Assembly: GCA_029856145.1 (NCBI GenBank)
Contig: JAHQWK010000016.1
Location: 1-64,000 of the forward strand
From: Promethearchaeia archaeon
GTDB taxonomy: Archaea; Asgardarchaeota; Lokiarchaeia; Sigyniarchaeales; SOKP01
Length of the DNA stretch: 64,000 bases
Direction: 5' to 3'
Part shown: positions 41,311 through 51,070 of the stretch, one piece after another
How the letters are laid out: each line of letters starts with the position of its first letter
How positions within the stretch are numbered: the first letter of the stretch is position 1
Translations under genes and position numbers: made by a program
Notes under the pieces: generated by a model
Told to the model about the DNA's origin: nothing
The model's database searches: none
The model's input: only the letters and a program-made list of their open reading frames with translations

Positions 41311-41921
41311 TTAGAACTCTAAAAATCCAGGATCATCAAAAATATCATCAATTTTTCGTTCTTTCTTTATCTTTGTATCCGTTTCAGCAAATAAGGATTC
41401 TTCATCAGTTCTAACCCCCCGTTCTAGTTCTTCAGTATCACGTTTTAATAATGCATCTTTTTCAAGCTGTTTATATTTTTCCGATCGTATTTTCCAATTA
41501 TCAACTTCATCCAAATTAACATTATCTTCTTCTAATAATATCGCTGCTTTTGTTTTACATAGATCTGATAAAATAGAATAGGATAGAATAATATCTCCCC
41601 ACTCATTATCTTCTTTTAAACTAACAATCCGTTTTTCTAATCTTAGTAATTCTTGGTCTGCATAATATATATCAATAAAATCCCCAAAAGCATCAACGGG
41701 TTCTGAGATTGAATTTACTAATACTTCTTTTGTTAAATCACAATTTCCACATTTTACAGTAGCAAAGGCACCTTTCTTCTTAATATCAGTGACTTTTACG
41801 CTTTTTTCACCGCATTCCATGAAAAATTGGAAATCAATTATTTTCATTCTGGACAGGTGAAAATTTTTGGTACTCTCTTAACTCTTTTTGGTGATACTTG
41901 TTTACGTTTTCTTCTTCCCAT
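41311..41921 (-). CDS. elf1: Transcription elongation factor Elf1 with C-terminal extension; two exons (41847-41921, 41311-41814), 192 aa after splicing
   Basis: Exon 1 MGRRKRKQVSPKRVKRVPKIFTCPE; exon 2 CGEKSVKV...CGNC...EPVDAFGDFID. Confidence 0.9.
41815..41846 (-). other. 32-nt BHB intron in elf1 mRNA
   Basis: Exon helix UUUUCACC/GGUGAAAA, central CCAG/AUGG, bulges AA|U and AA|U, inner hairpin GAAAA-U-AAUUG/CAAU-UUUUC. Confidence 0.85.
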
Positions 41922-42120
41922 TATTATCACTACGCAAATATGTAATTAAATTATCTGTCATCATTTAGAATAAAGAAAAGGAAAACTAAAATATTTTTGC
42001 TTTTATGTGAAAACATTTGAAGGCTTTTAGCAAAATTTTTTAGGAATGATTAATTATTTCACTTACTTTTTTTTACTGAAATAATTTAGCAATTTTAATA
42101 ATGGTGAGTGGATTTTAGGT

Positions 42121-43221
42121 ATGGAACATAAAAATTTAACATTGGAACATGATAAAAACTTAATAGATAACGTTCTAGATAATATAGACATGAGATACAT
42201 AATTCTTTTCTTATATGTCATTAGAAATGATTTATTTAAAGACTTAACCGACAATACTCTAATTGAATCTTATGAAAGAGTACTCATATTAGATGATATT
42301 TATAAAAGCAATATTATAACATTTTGGAACGAAGAATTTATCGAAATTTATATAGATTTAGGATTAATAAAAAATATTCGAAGCTTGAGAGAGTTTGAGC
42401 AAAAAGAGGATGATTTTAATCTAAAGTTAGGAGAAGAAACTATAACTATTGAAAAAGATACAATCTCTGTTCCAGATGATACAATATATTTAATAATAAA
42501 TAAGAAATTTAAATTTTTAAATAGAAGGAATTTTAATTTAGCCCTCACCAGGCTAAAAGGGGTACGATGTGAAAAAAGCAATATGATTCATTCATTAATT
42601 CTTGGAATTGGTGAACATGATTATACATTACCAGATGATTTTTATTATATTTTAGACCAATATGGGAATATTTATCAAGCTATTAAAATTGAGGTTACAA
42701 TTGAAGGGTTCTTTCAAAGGTTTAAAGAAATCCAAGAAAAAATCAATGGATTCGTTAAAATTTTTGATCCTGCACTAAATACAAAATTAGTTATGAAAAA
42801 AATCAACAAAGCAATAGAAGAAAGTAAAGAGATAATTCAATTTCTTAAAGATGAGAAGGTAGAACTTTCTGATAAATTTAACTTTGATAAAATTAATAAA
42901 AATGTTGACATCTTTAAAGAATGGAATTCTAAATTATTGTCATTATTAAAATATAGGAACCAGCTTGAAGAAATTGATACAAAATTGATAGATTTGAAAA
43001 AAAATTATTCTAGTAAGGAAAAAAAATATAGTTATTTAGAATTTATTGAAAAAATCTCTTTCAATGAAGAAGGGATAGTAGATAATATTCAAAATGCTTT
43101 GATCGAATTACGAAAAGAATTGGTTAAAATTAATGAACATATTACTAAACTAACAGAAAAAGAATTAAAATTATTAAATTTGGATTATGAAAGATTAATA
43201 ATAATGAGTAGTGATGAATAA
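42121..43221 (+). CDS. Hypothetical protein with C-terminal coiled coil
   Basis: Long ORF, first of an eight-gene co-oriented cluster. Confidence 0.65.
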   Translation: MEHKNLTLEHDKNLIDNVLDNIDMRYIILFLYVIRNDLFKDLTDNTLIESYERVLILDDIYKSNIITFWNEEFIEIYIDLGLIKNIRSLREFEQKEDDFNLKLGEETITIEKDTISVPDDTIYLIINKKFKFLNRRNFNLALTRLKGVRCEKSNMIHSLILGIGEHDYTLPDDFYYILDQYGNIYQAIKIEVTIEGFFQRFKEIQEKINGFVKIFDPALNTKLVMKKINKAIEESKEIIQFLKDEKVELSDKFNFDKINKNVDIFKEWNSKLLSLLKYRNQLEEIDTKLIDLKKNYSSKEKKYSYLEFIEKISFNEEGIVDNIQNALIELRKELVKINEHITKLTEKELKLLNLDYERLIIMSSDE

Positions 43222-43223
43222 AA

Positions 43224-44192
43224 TTGAAATGTCCTGCTTGTGATATCAAGATGGAACCTTTAGTAGCAGGGATTTTTCAATGTCCACAATGCAAAAAAAT
43301 TATTAAACAAAAAGATAAAGAAACAGAAACAACAGAAAAAAAAGAAATTGAAGTAGGAGATTTTCAAGAGGGTGAATTTTTTCACAAAAATGCAAGTTTG
43401 AATAAGCAATATGAAATTTGTGAAAAAGGAATTACAATAAATAAAACTGAAAATCGTTTATTCGCTGCATTAATTTGTCATAGCGCCTATTTAAAGGAAG
43501 AAAAATATATGAGACTATCTTGGTGGAAGAATTATCAACATGCTGGTATGTTCAAAATTTATGATAAATATGTTTTAAATAATATTATTATGGCTTTGGA
43601 AAAAATCGATGAGTCATTTGATGATATCTGGAGTTGGAGGGGAAAATATGGAAAGCAAAAACAAAAAACAGAAGAAGATTTAGAAAAAGAAAAAAATTTA
43701 GAGATAATAAAATATAGGATTATTGAAAATAGAACCTGTCCTAAGTGTCAGAAAAAAATGAACAAAATGAAATCCCATTATGAATGCCAACACTGTGGAG
43801 AAATTGTTATATTAGAAGGTTATAACCAACCGATTTTTAATATTCTCTCAGAAAATCTTGACCTACGATTTCATGCAAATTTTCCCATAAATTTTTACTT
43901 ACCTGTGAGTGGTATAACTCTTAAATGGTTGATGGGCGAATGGAAAGCATTGGCGGTGATTTATTCTAAGGATAATCCAAATAAAAAATGGCTAAGGTTC
44001 TATTGGTGGGTTCGAGATTTGAGTAATATTTTAAAATATGGCCAGAGAGTGATGGGAAATGGTACTCAGATGGGTTGGAAAGCCCAGAAAGGGATGTCAT
44101 CTCCAAATCTTTATGATAAAAAGCTTATTCGGCCATTAATCAATGCGTTAAAAAATATATCAATTGAATTAAATTGGACAATAACTAATTAA
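43224..44192 (+). CDS. Tandem (zinc ribbon + PC4-like domain) protein
   Basis: CPAC..CPQC and CPKC..CQHC, each followed by similar YMRLSWW / WLRFYWW...YDK..L..LI.AL units. Confidence 0.6.
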   Translation: MKCPACDIKMEPLVAGIFQCPQCKKIIKQKDKETETTEKKEIEVGDFQEGEFFHKNASLNKQYEICEKGITINKTENRLFAALICHSAYLKEEKYMRLSWWKNYQHAGMFKIYDKYVLNNIIMALEKIDESFDDIWSWRGKYGKQKQKTEEDLEKEKNLEIIKYRIIENRTCPKCQKKMNKMKSHYECQHCGEIVILEGYNQPIFNILSENLDLRFHANFPINFYLPVSGITLKWLMGEWKALAVIYSKDNPNKKWLRFYWWVRDLSNILKYGQRVMGNGTQMGWKAQKGMSSPNLYDKKLIRPLINALKNISIELNWTITN

Positions 44193-44216
44193 AAAGTATT
44201 AAAAATTGAGAAAAAC

Positions 44217-45356
44217 ATGACAGAAGTTCAAGATACAATATGGAAAGGAATTTTAAATGATTTCCAAGTGAATCTTGAAAAAGCTATAGAAGAACTACAA
44301 AAAAGAGATGTAGAAAATATTCCAGGCGCAAAAGAAGCTTTGATCCAAAGATTAAACAATATGAAAATTCATTTTCCGAAAAATAATGGAGATATCCTAA
44401 TAAAATCGATCAATGATAAAATACAAAATGCTTTTTTTCCAAACACTAAGAGTTTTTCCGAGTCCTTAAAAAAAATTTTGAAATCAAGAACTCACGAGCA
44501 AGATTTTATTATCAATGAATTACTAAATGGATTTGTTACTTCTAAAGCGAAAGCTATAGCATCTGGAACTCAAGGGCCCATAATAGATAGAATGGTCGGA
44601 GCGTTTAGTAAGAGAAATGACTTCCATATCGTTGATCATCAATTTTTTGCTATGTTTGGAGATCCAAATAAACCACATCATTATGTGAAAAATCAACTTG
44701 AAGAACTTATAAACATGTTTGGACTTATTTCAAAAGAACTTGTAATAAAAAAAGACGTAAGAAGGAGCGAAGAAAAAGTATATGTTTTTTACACATTTCC
44801 AGATGAAATCATTAAAATTCTTGAAGAAAAATATTTGATTATTGATGAAGAATTAGGTTATGCTATTGTTTCAAAAGAGTTTGATAGGAATGTTTTTATA
44901 AGCATGTTCTTAGCAAATATGGCTATAAACAGGGATGATATTGATAAAATTGGTGGTTCTTACACAATTAATGGGATTTCAGCAATATTCGCATTAATCT
45001 TGTTGCTTAGTTTCATGCCGAAATTAAGTGTTGATGAAACTAATCCCATTTTAAATGATCCTAATTTTAATGAGAAAAATATGAGTGTAATTCCAAAATC
45101 TTGGATGATAAAACAAGTTTTAGAACTATTATTCGAACCACTCATCAAAATCATAGCTTATAGAATAGGAGGCGGATTGTGGTTATCTAAAATAATTAAT
45201 TCAAAAATTAATAAGAAAATTCACAATCAAATAAGATTTCTTCTCAAGGATGTTAATAAATGGATATTAGGAAATTTATGCCGAGTTGAAATACCTATCT
45301 TCGTTGAGATCTCCAATATATTTACTGAAATTTTAGTAGGATATGATGAGGAATAA
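44217..45356 (+). CDS. Hypothetical protein
   Basis: 379-aa ORF inside the cluster. Confidence 0.65.
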   Translation: MTEVQDTIWKGILNDFQVNLEKAIEELQKRDVENIPGAKEALIQRLNNMKIHFPKNNGDILIKSINDKIQNAFFPNTKSFSESLKKILKSRTHEQDFIINELLNGFVTSKAKAIASGTQGPIIDRMVGAFSKRNDFHIVDHQFFAMFGDPNKPHHYVKNQLEELINMFGLISKELVIKKDVRRSEEKVYVFYTFPDEIIKILEEKYLIIDEELGYAIVSKEFDRNVFISMFLANMAINRDDIDKIGGSYTINGISAIFALILLLSFMPKLSVDETNPILNDPNFNEKNMSVIPKSWMIKQVLELLFEPLIKIIAYRIGGGLWLSKIINSKINKKIHNQIRFLLKDVNKWILGNLCRVEIPIFVEISNIFTEILVGYDEE

Positions 45357-45381
45357 AATTATTATAAATTAGGGTAAAGGA

Positions 45382-46692
45382 ATGAGCTATAAAAAAAAAT
45401 CTACGAGAACAGTAAAACCAGGAAGAAAAAGAGAGAAATGGACAGATATTTTACCAAGGTACTTAACTTTTTTAAGTCACATGCGCCCAATCCTAAGAGA
45501 AACAAGAAGAATAATTCTTTATTTGGATGCAGATTTATTACTTGATATAGAAATTTTAGATAAAATACGTCAAGAAGAAGAAAAAAGGAATATTCGTAAA
45601 GTTAGAGCACTTTCAGAATTTTCTGCTATGTATAGATCCAATATTTATGAAATTATTAAAGATTTTATTGTTAAATATCGAGAAAAAATCCCTATAATAG
45701 ATATCAAAGATTATATTGTAGATTTTCTTCACGAATCCATTGATGCATTGAATGTTCTACGTCATATCACTAATCCTGATGAATCGAATTTAGAAAACAC
45801 ATATTTATATCAATTAGTTAAATTTATTGAAGATAAACTATTGCCCAGAGGTGCGAACCTAGCAATCATCTATGGTAATTTATTACAGCATTCCACTGAT
45901 TTCTATGAGTGTCAAAGACATCTTTTACAATCTCATACATATTATCGAGAAAATTTAGAAAATCCGAATTATTTTGAAATTCCTGGAATATCACCAAAGA
46001 TTTATCAAATAATAAACAATATAACATCATTGTATAATTTAGACCCTAATTTTGGGGAATTCCCAGAAAAACAAAATCATGAAATTCCTATGATCTTAAA
46101 AAATGATGTATTTTTGCCCTATATTGACTCGATTGCCAATGCAGAAGAAGAAGCCTTAGAGAAAGTTGCTGAACGAATTGGTTTACGTCTCATTGATGGG
46201 ATATTTTTAGCGCCACAAGAAGATTTTGTAGATATTTTATTAGAAAACAACTTTTTGCGTGATAATAAGCAATCAGATGGAACAATAAGATTTTATCCAC
46301 AATTTAGTAATGAAACTTTAATACTATACTATTTGGCTTTTGCCTCTCAAAGACGAGGTTTTTTGTCGAAGGAATTAGTTAATTGGATTTCAATGAATTA
46401 TGCATTCTTGATATATATGGGTATTTTAAAATGGAAATTATCTGATGAAAATATATTTTATACTATCTTTAAAGATCTTCAAACAAATGAAAAAGTACTT
46501 CCATATTTAATGAAATTAATATGTTTTCCGAATTATTTGGGATTAGATAAAATGAAAATTAGAGATTCTATTCAATATCGAAAAGAAATTTTTAATTTTA
46601 TTGGATCCCAAATAGATAATCTTAAAATTTTAATTAATGAAATTGCACTGTTTTGTGAGAGTTTTGAAAATAGAAATAAAAAAAAAAAATAA
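45382..46692 (+). CDS. Hypothetical helical protein
   Basis: 436-aa ORF with basic N-terminus. Confidence 0.65.
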   Translation: MSYKKKSTRTVKPGRKREKWTDILPRYLTFLSHMRPILRETRRIILYLDADLLLDIEILDKIRQEEEKRNIRKVRALSEFSAMYRSNIYEIIKDFIVKYREKIPIIDIKDYIVDFLHESIDALNVLRHITNPDESNLENTYLYQLVKFIEDKLLPRGANLAIIYGNLLQHSTDFYECQRHLLQSHTYYRENLENPNYFEIPGISPKIYQIINNITSLYNLDPNFGEFPEKQNHEIPMILKNDVFLPYIDSIANAEEEALEKVAERIGLRLIDGIFLAPQEDFVDILLENNFLRDNKQSDGTIRFYPQFSNETLILYYLAFASQRRGFLSKELVNWISMNYAFLIYMGILKWKLSDENIFYTIFKDLQTNEKVLPYLMKLICFPNYLGLDKMKIRDSIQYRKEIFNFIGSQIDNLKILINEIALFCESFENRNKKKK

Positions 46693-46721
46693 AATATTTT
46701 TAAAAAAAGAGTTGAAATTAT

Positions 46722-47831
46722 ATGCCTAAATCTAATATTGAGAAGGAAGATAAATTAATATATTCTGATGATGTTATTAAAGAACGACTTGGAAAATATG
46801 GAGCAATTTATTTTCCTTCAGACATTAAAGAAACCGTAGATGATATTTTAGGAAATGAAATTAAAAAAGAAGTTTTAGATGATTTTTTTAAGGCCCTAAA
46901 AAAATATAATGAATTTACTGAAAATTTAAAAAATACAAATTTAGCTCCAAACCTAACTGTCCTTCTTTATGGACCCCCAGGTACAGGAAAAACTTCCTTA
47001 ACAAGAGGATTTGCTAAGAAATATAATATCCCATTATGCGTCGTAGAGTCTGATAGGCTTGTTTCACCTTTACTTGGAGATACCATCAAAAATATTCGTG
47101 GAGTTGTAGAATTAGCCGCTGAAATTTCTAAAGAACGAAATGCTTTTGTTTTATTTTTTGATGAAATTGATGCAATCGGCTCGGAGAGATCTAACATTCA
47201 TGAAGTAGGAGAAATTAAACGAGCTGTAATTTCTTTCCTCCAAGTCATTGACAGAATAAATTATGAGGGGGTACCTCTTGCGATTTTTGGTGCTACAAAT
47301 CATCAACATCAGCTAGATTCAGCAATATGGCGTCGATTTACATTCCATTTTAAATTTGATTTTCCTGATTTTCATTTAAGAAAAAAAATTATCGAATCTT
47401 TTATTAACAAAGTAAAAAATGCGAAAATCGGGGTAGACGACTTAATTTTTTCAAATCTAAACAATGAATATAAAAAAGTTCAAACAGTATCAAAAGAATT
47501 AGAAGCAAAATTAGGACGATTTGTATCTGAATTTGAAAACGGTCTTTTATGGGAAGAATTCAAGAAAAAAAATAAATCTGGAGGCCTTTTAGAATTATCA
47601 TATGGATATTCTGGATCAGATATTGAAAGGGGTACAAGGGTCGCCTTATTAAAATCAATCAATACAGGATTATTAAACTATGATATTTTTTATAATTCTT
47701 TAAAGTTAGTTGGGGGTACTGCAATTCATGTTGAAAGACAAGATATTTTAAGTACCACTAAAAAAACCTCGACGCATACAAGAATTTACGAGAAAAATAG
47801 AAATAAGTCCCCTGGACCTCCTGAAATATAA
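46722..47831 (+). CDS. AAA+ ATPase (classical AAA clade)
   Basis: [35 protein letters not shown]. Confidence 0.92.
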   Translation: MPKSNIEKEDKLIYSDDVIKERLGKYGAIYFPSDIKETVDDILGNEIKKEVLDDFFKALKKYNEFTENLKNTNLAPNLTVLLYGPPGTGKTSLTRGFAKKYNIPLCVVESDRLVSPLLGDTIKNIRGVVELAAEISKERNAFVLFFDEIDAIGSERSNIHEVGEIKRAVISFLQVIDRINYEGVPLAIFGATNHQHQLDSAIWRRFTFHFKFDFPDFHLRKKIIESFINKVKNAKIGVDDLIFSNLNNEYKKVQTVSKELEAKLGRFVSEFENGLLWEEFKKKNKSGGLLELSYGYSGSDIERGTRVALLKSINTGLLNYDIFYNSLKLVGGTAIHVERQDILSTTKKTSTHTRIYEKNRNKSPGPPEI

Positions 47832-47860
47832 AAATAATAAAATTTACTAAATTAAAACTT

Positions 47861-48901
47861 ATGAGCAATAACCAAATATTTAATCTAGAAAAAATAAAGG
47901 AATTGACAAGTCCAATTGAAGATCTACAAGTAGAATTAAATCAATTAAATGATACTTCGTTAAAAATTACAGAAAATATGCAATTTATTGAACATGAATT
48001 TAATGATAAGAATTTTCTCTCCCAGATAGCAACATTAAAGGAATTGCTACAAAATGTAAATAATAGGTTGAATAAAATTTCAAAAATTAATCTCAATAGA
48101 TTCCTGGATTTTCAGGACCAGTTAATTAAAAAATATAAAGAAGATTTTAAAAATAATTTAAAAAAATTAAACATCAATAAAGAAATAACAAAAAAAATAG
48201 GATTAAATCTAATTGAACGCAAAAAAATTAGTAAAATCATCGATTTTATGTCATTCGTTCCTTCAATTGAAATTGCACGATGGTTGGAACTTCTAGATTC
48301 ATTAAAACACAATACAATTTTCTTAAAAACCATAAAGAAAACTAAACGTTATTATCAAAACTTAATCCAAGTAAAACTTAAAAAAGAATTAAGCAGAATT
48401 CCTGAAGATATTGATCCAAATTTAATAAAAGATTATGAAAAGTTTTTCAAAGAGGATCCTACTTTGACATTTAATGAGTTTTTCCAAACTATTGAGAATC
48501 AGTTAACTCAACAAGAGTTAAGCGCTAAAAGAGCAGTTACAAAAAAGGTAAAAGAGAAAGAGGAATTAGAAAAATTAAAAAAGAAACAAGAAGAACAAAA
48601 AAAGGCTTATGTAAATTATTTAAAACTCTCTGATAGAGAATTTAAAAGGCTCAGGCGGAAGAAAAGCAGAGAAAAATTAACTGACATTTCCAAAGAACCT
48701 ACTGAAAATAATTCAATTGAGATTAGTGATGAAGTTTCTGAAAAGATTAAAAAATTTAAATCTCAATTTGAAAAGAGCTTTAATGAAAAATATATGATTC
48801 AAAAGGATGAAGATAAAAATCCTATTGATTTAATTCGAGAAAGAAAGAAAAAAAAAGATAAAGAGTATAAGGAATTTGAAGACCATTTCGAAAACAATTA
48901 A
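47861..48901 (+). CDS. Coiled-coil protein with charged C-terminus
   Basis: Heptad-rich, K/E-rich. Confidence 0.65.
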   Translation: MSNNQIFNLEKIKELTSPIEDLQVELNQLNDTSLKITENMQFIEHEFNDKNFLSQIATLKELLQNVNNRLNKISKINLNRFLDFQDQLIKKYKEDFKNNLKKLNINKEITKKIGLNLIERKKISKIIDFMSFVPSIEIARWLELLDSLKHNTIFLKTIKKTKRYYQNLIQVKLKKELSRIPEDIDPNLIKDYEKFFKEDPTLTFNEFFQTIENQLTQQELSAKRAVTKKVKEKEELEKLKKKQEEQKKAYVNYLKLSDREFKRLRRKKSREKLTDISKEPTENNSIEISDEVSEKIKKFKSQFEKSFNEKYMIQKDEDKNPIDLIRERKKKKDKEYKEFEDHFENN

Positions 48902-48919
48902 TAAAAACAAAAGGTATAA

Positions 48920-50536
48920 AATATTCTAAAAAACAATTTTAAGGTATCCATCGGCTCAAAAGAAGTTTTAATTAAGGATAAATTCACTTTAATTAATGGA
49001 AAATTTAAAAAGAATTTATTAACTGAATATAAAAGTGATTTATTTCTTGAGATTTCTCAAGATTTAAATATTATTCCTATTGAAAAATTTGTGGGTTTTC
49101 TACAAGAAAAAACTCAAGAATTCCATTATTTACTGAAAGCTAATGAGTTATTAGATTTTTTACATGAATACCGTAAAATCATATCAAATAATATAACCAT
49201 TTCTTCTCAATTTAATGAGATTATTCAAAATTTATTTCTCATTCTTCGATACAATGAGCTATTAAAAGAAAAAGAATCTCTGTCGAGAGAATTAGAATTA
49301 TCAAATCAATATAAAAAATCAAGTGATAGTGCTGCTAGTAAAGATCTATTGAATAAATTGAATGAATCGTTAACCCTAAACATGAAAAAATTGAAGCTTT
49401 TCGAAGAAGATTTTTTTCAACGTAAAAACCAGATTAATCAGATCAAAAAAACATTGGATAATTATAATATAATAATTCAGCAATTAACTAACCAAAAAAA
49501 GCAATGTTTTAGCCAAATTAATCGGATCACAAGAGAAATGGCAGGAGATAAACAAGAATCAAAAAATGATATAAAAATTAATATCATAGAGTCTAAAAAT
49601 AATTTATCAAATGCAGAAAAAATACGAGCTATTCAAAAGAAAGCAAAAGAAATACAATCTGAAATTACTAATATAAAGTCGAAGAAAAGCCAAACTCAAT
49701 TAAGACTAGAAGAACTAACCCCTCTTTTCGAAATATTTGAAAAGGATCATCAATCACTATTAGAACTAATTAATACTGATAAAAAAAAAATAAATGATTT
49801 ACAATCTGAACTTAAAAAGAGTATTAAAGATGATAAAAGTACAGAAATTCAGGATATTGATTTAGTTGATTTAGTATTTCTAAGACCCTTAGAAGAAATT
49901 AAAAATGATATTGAAAAAACTGATACTGAAATTGATAAATTTACCTTTCCAGAAAATTGTTTTAATCCTCAAAATCCTTGTGATTTATCTCCAATTATTG
50001 GAAAACTGACGAAGTTTGATGAAAAAATAAAGAATAAAGAATCAGAAATTATTATTACCATAAATGAAAAAGAAATTTCCAATTGTTTCAAACAATTTAA
50101 AGAATTAGAGAATTCTCTTTCTAATATCGAAACCTTAATGAATAAGTTTCTAGTAGGGATAAATATAAAATCTCAAATTAGAATCATATTAAGTGATGAT
50201 CATAAGAGCTTTTTCATCAGTTTAATATTTATTAAAAAGGACAAAGAACAAGCCAAATTTGAGGAATTAACTACTCCAGAAAAAATCTTTTTCATGATTG
50301 TGTTTTACATCTCAATTAAACTACATATTAATAAAGATAATATTATTTTTTCAAATGTATCAATCTTAAGCCAATTTAATAAAGCAGGTTCTATTTATCG
50401 AACGATAAGAAAAATTTTGCCAATTTTCGAAATGGAAGATGCCTTATCAAAATTTAATTTAATTTTTATTATCTCTAACTTAGAATTAAAAAAAACAATC
50501 AAAAATTTAAATATTATAACTATCAAAGAGAGTTGA
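48920..50536 (+). CDS. Degenerate SMC/Rad50-like coiled-coil protein; true start uncertain (frame open from 48920, GTG at 49091)
   Basis: LKNNFK..DKFTLING and FLQE at the N-terminus, long coiled coil, C-terminal FEELTTPEK resembling the ABC signature LSGGE. Confidence 0.55.
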   Translation, partial: NILKNNFKVSIGSKEVLIKDKFTLINGKFKKNLLTEYKSDLFLEISQDLNIIPIEKFVGFLQEKTQEFHYLLKANELLDFLHEYRKIISNNITISSQFNEIIQNLFLILRYNELLKEKESLSRELELSNQYKKSSDSAASKDLLNKLNESLTLNMKKLKLFEEDFFQRKNQINQIKKTLDNYNIIIQQLTNQKKQCFSQINRITREMAGDKQESKNDIKINIIESKNNLSNAEKIRAIQKKAKEIQSEITNIKSKKSQTQLRLEELTPLFEIFEKDHQSLLELINTDKKKINDLQSELKKSIKDDKSTEIQDIDLVDLVFLRPLEEIKNDIEKTDTEIDKFTFPENCFNPQNPCDLSPIIGKLTKFDEKIKNKESEIIITINEKEISNCFKQFKELENSLSNIETLMNKFLVGINIKSQIRIILSDDHKSFFISLIFIKKDKEQAKFEELTTPEKIFFMIVFYISIKLHINKDNIIFSNVSILSQFNKAGSIYRTIRKILPIFEMEDALSKFNLIFIISNLELKKTIKNLNIITIKES

Positions 50537-51042
50537 ATTTATTGACGATTAATAGTAATGAAATTGACGAAATTGTAAAAAATATTACAAGACTTATTTT
50601 AACAAATCCTCAAAAAATTATTCGAGAAGAAGATCTTAAAAACCTAAGCAAAGAATTCAATTTTGAAGAAATTATGAGCGAAGTTTATTTGAATTTAAGA
50701 AATGTAGGCTTTGAGCTCATAAAAACCAAATTTCTTGAACAACAATTTTATATTCTAACTTCTGAGGGAAAAGATGATAATATTACGCCATCTCAGTATG
50801 GTACTTTAGCCTTAATAATTGCATTAAGCAAAGAGGTTGATGAGAATATAAAAATTGAGGATTTAAAAGAAATCTTTGATGAAACATGGGATACAGATAT
50901 TCAATTTTTAATTGATAATGATTATATCAGAAAATTTGATGAGTTAGGAATAATTAAAATATCACCATTAGGAAAAGCTGTTATGAAAAACATAATTATG
51001 GATATAGGATTAAAGAATTTATTGAATTTATTTACAGAATAA
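50533..51042 (+). CDS. Tandem winged-helix protein, KITE (MAGE/Nse3/Nse1/ScpB)-like
   Basis: FEEIMSEVYLNLRNVGFELI...FYILTS...GTLALIIAL...LIDNDYI...ISPLG pattern; overlaps the SMC-like stop. Confidence 0.55.
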   Translation: MNLLTINSNEIDEIVKNITRLILTNPQKIIREEDLKNLSKEFNFEEIMSEVYLNLRNVGFELIKTKFLEQQFYILTSEGKDDNITPSQYGTLALIIALSKEVDENIKIEDLKEIFDETWDTDIQFLIDNDYIRKFDELGIIKISPLGKAVMKNIIMDIGLKNLLNLFTE

Positions 51043-51070
51043 AAGTAATAAAAAAATTTAATATAAAAAA

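Noticed and set aside
41844-41846. TGA after CPE in elf1 read as selenocysteine
   Set aside because: A TAA follows two codons later and the downstream exon is in another frame; intron removal explains it fully
48911-48947. AAGGTAT direct repeats 30 nt apart as another intron
   Set aside because: No central helix pairing, and excision does not supply a start codon
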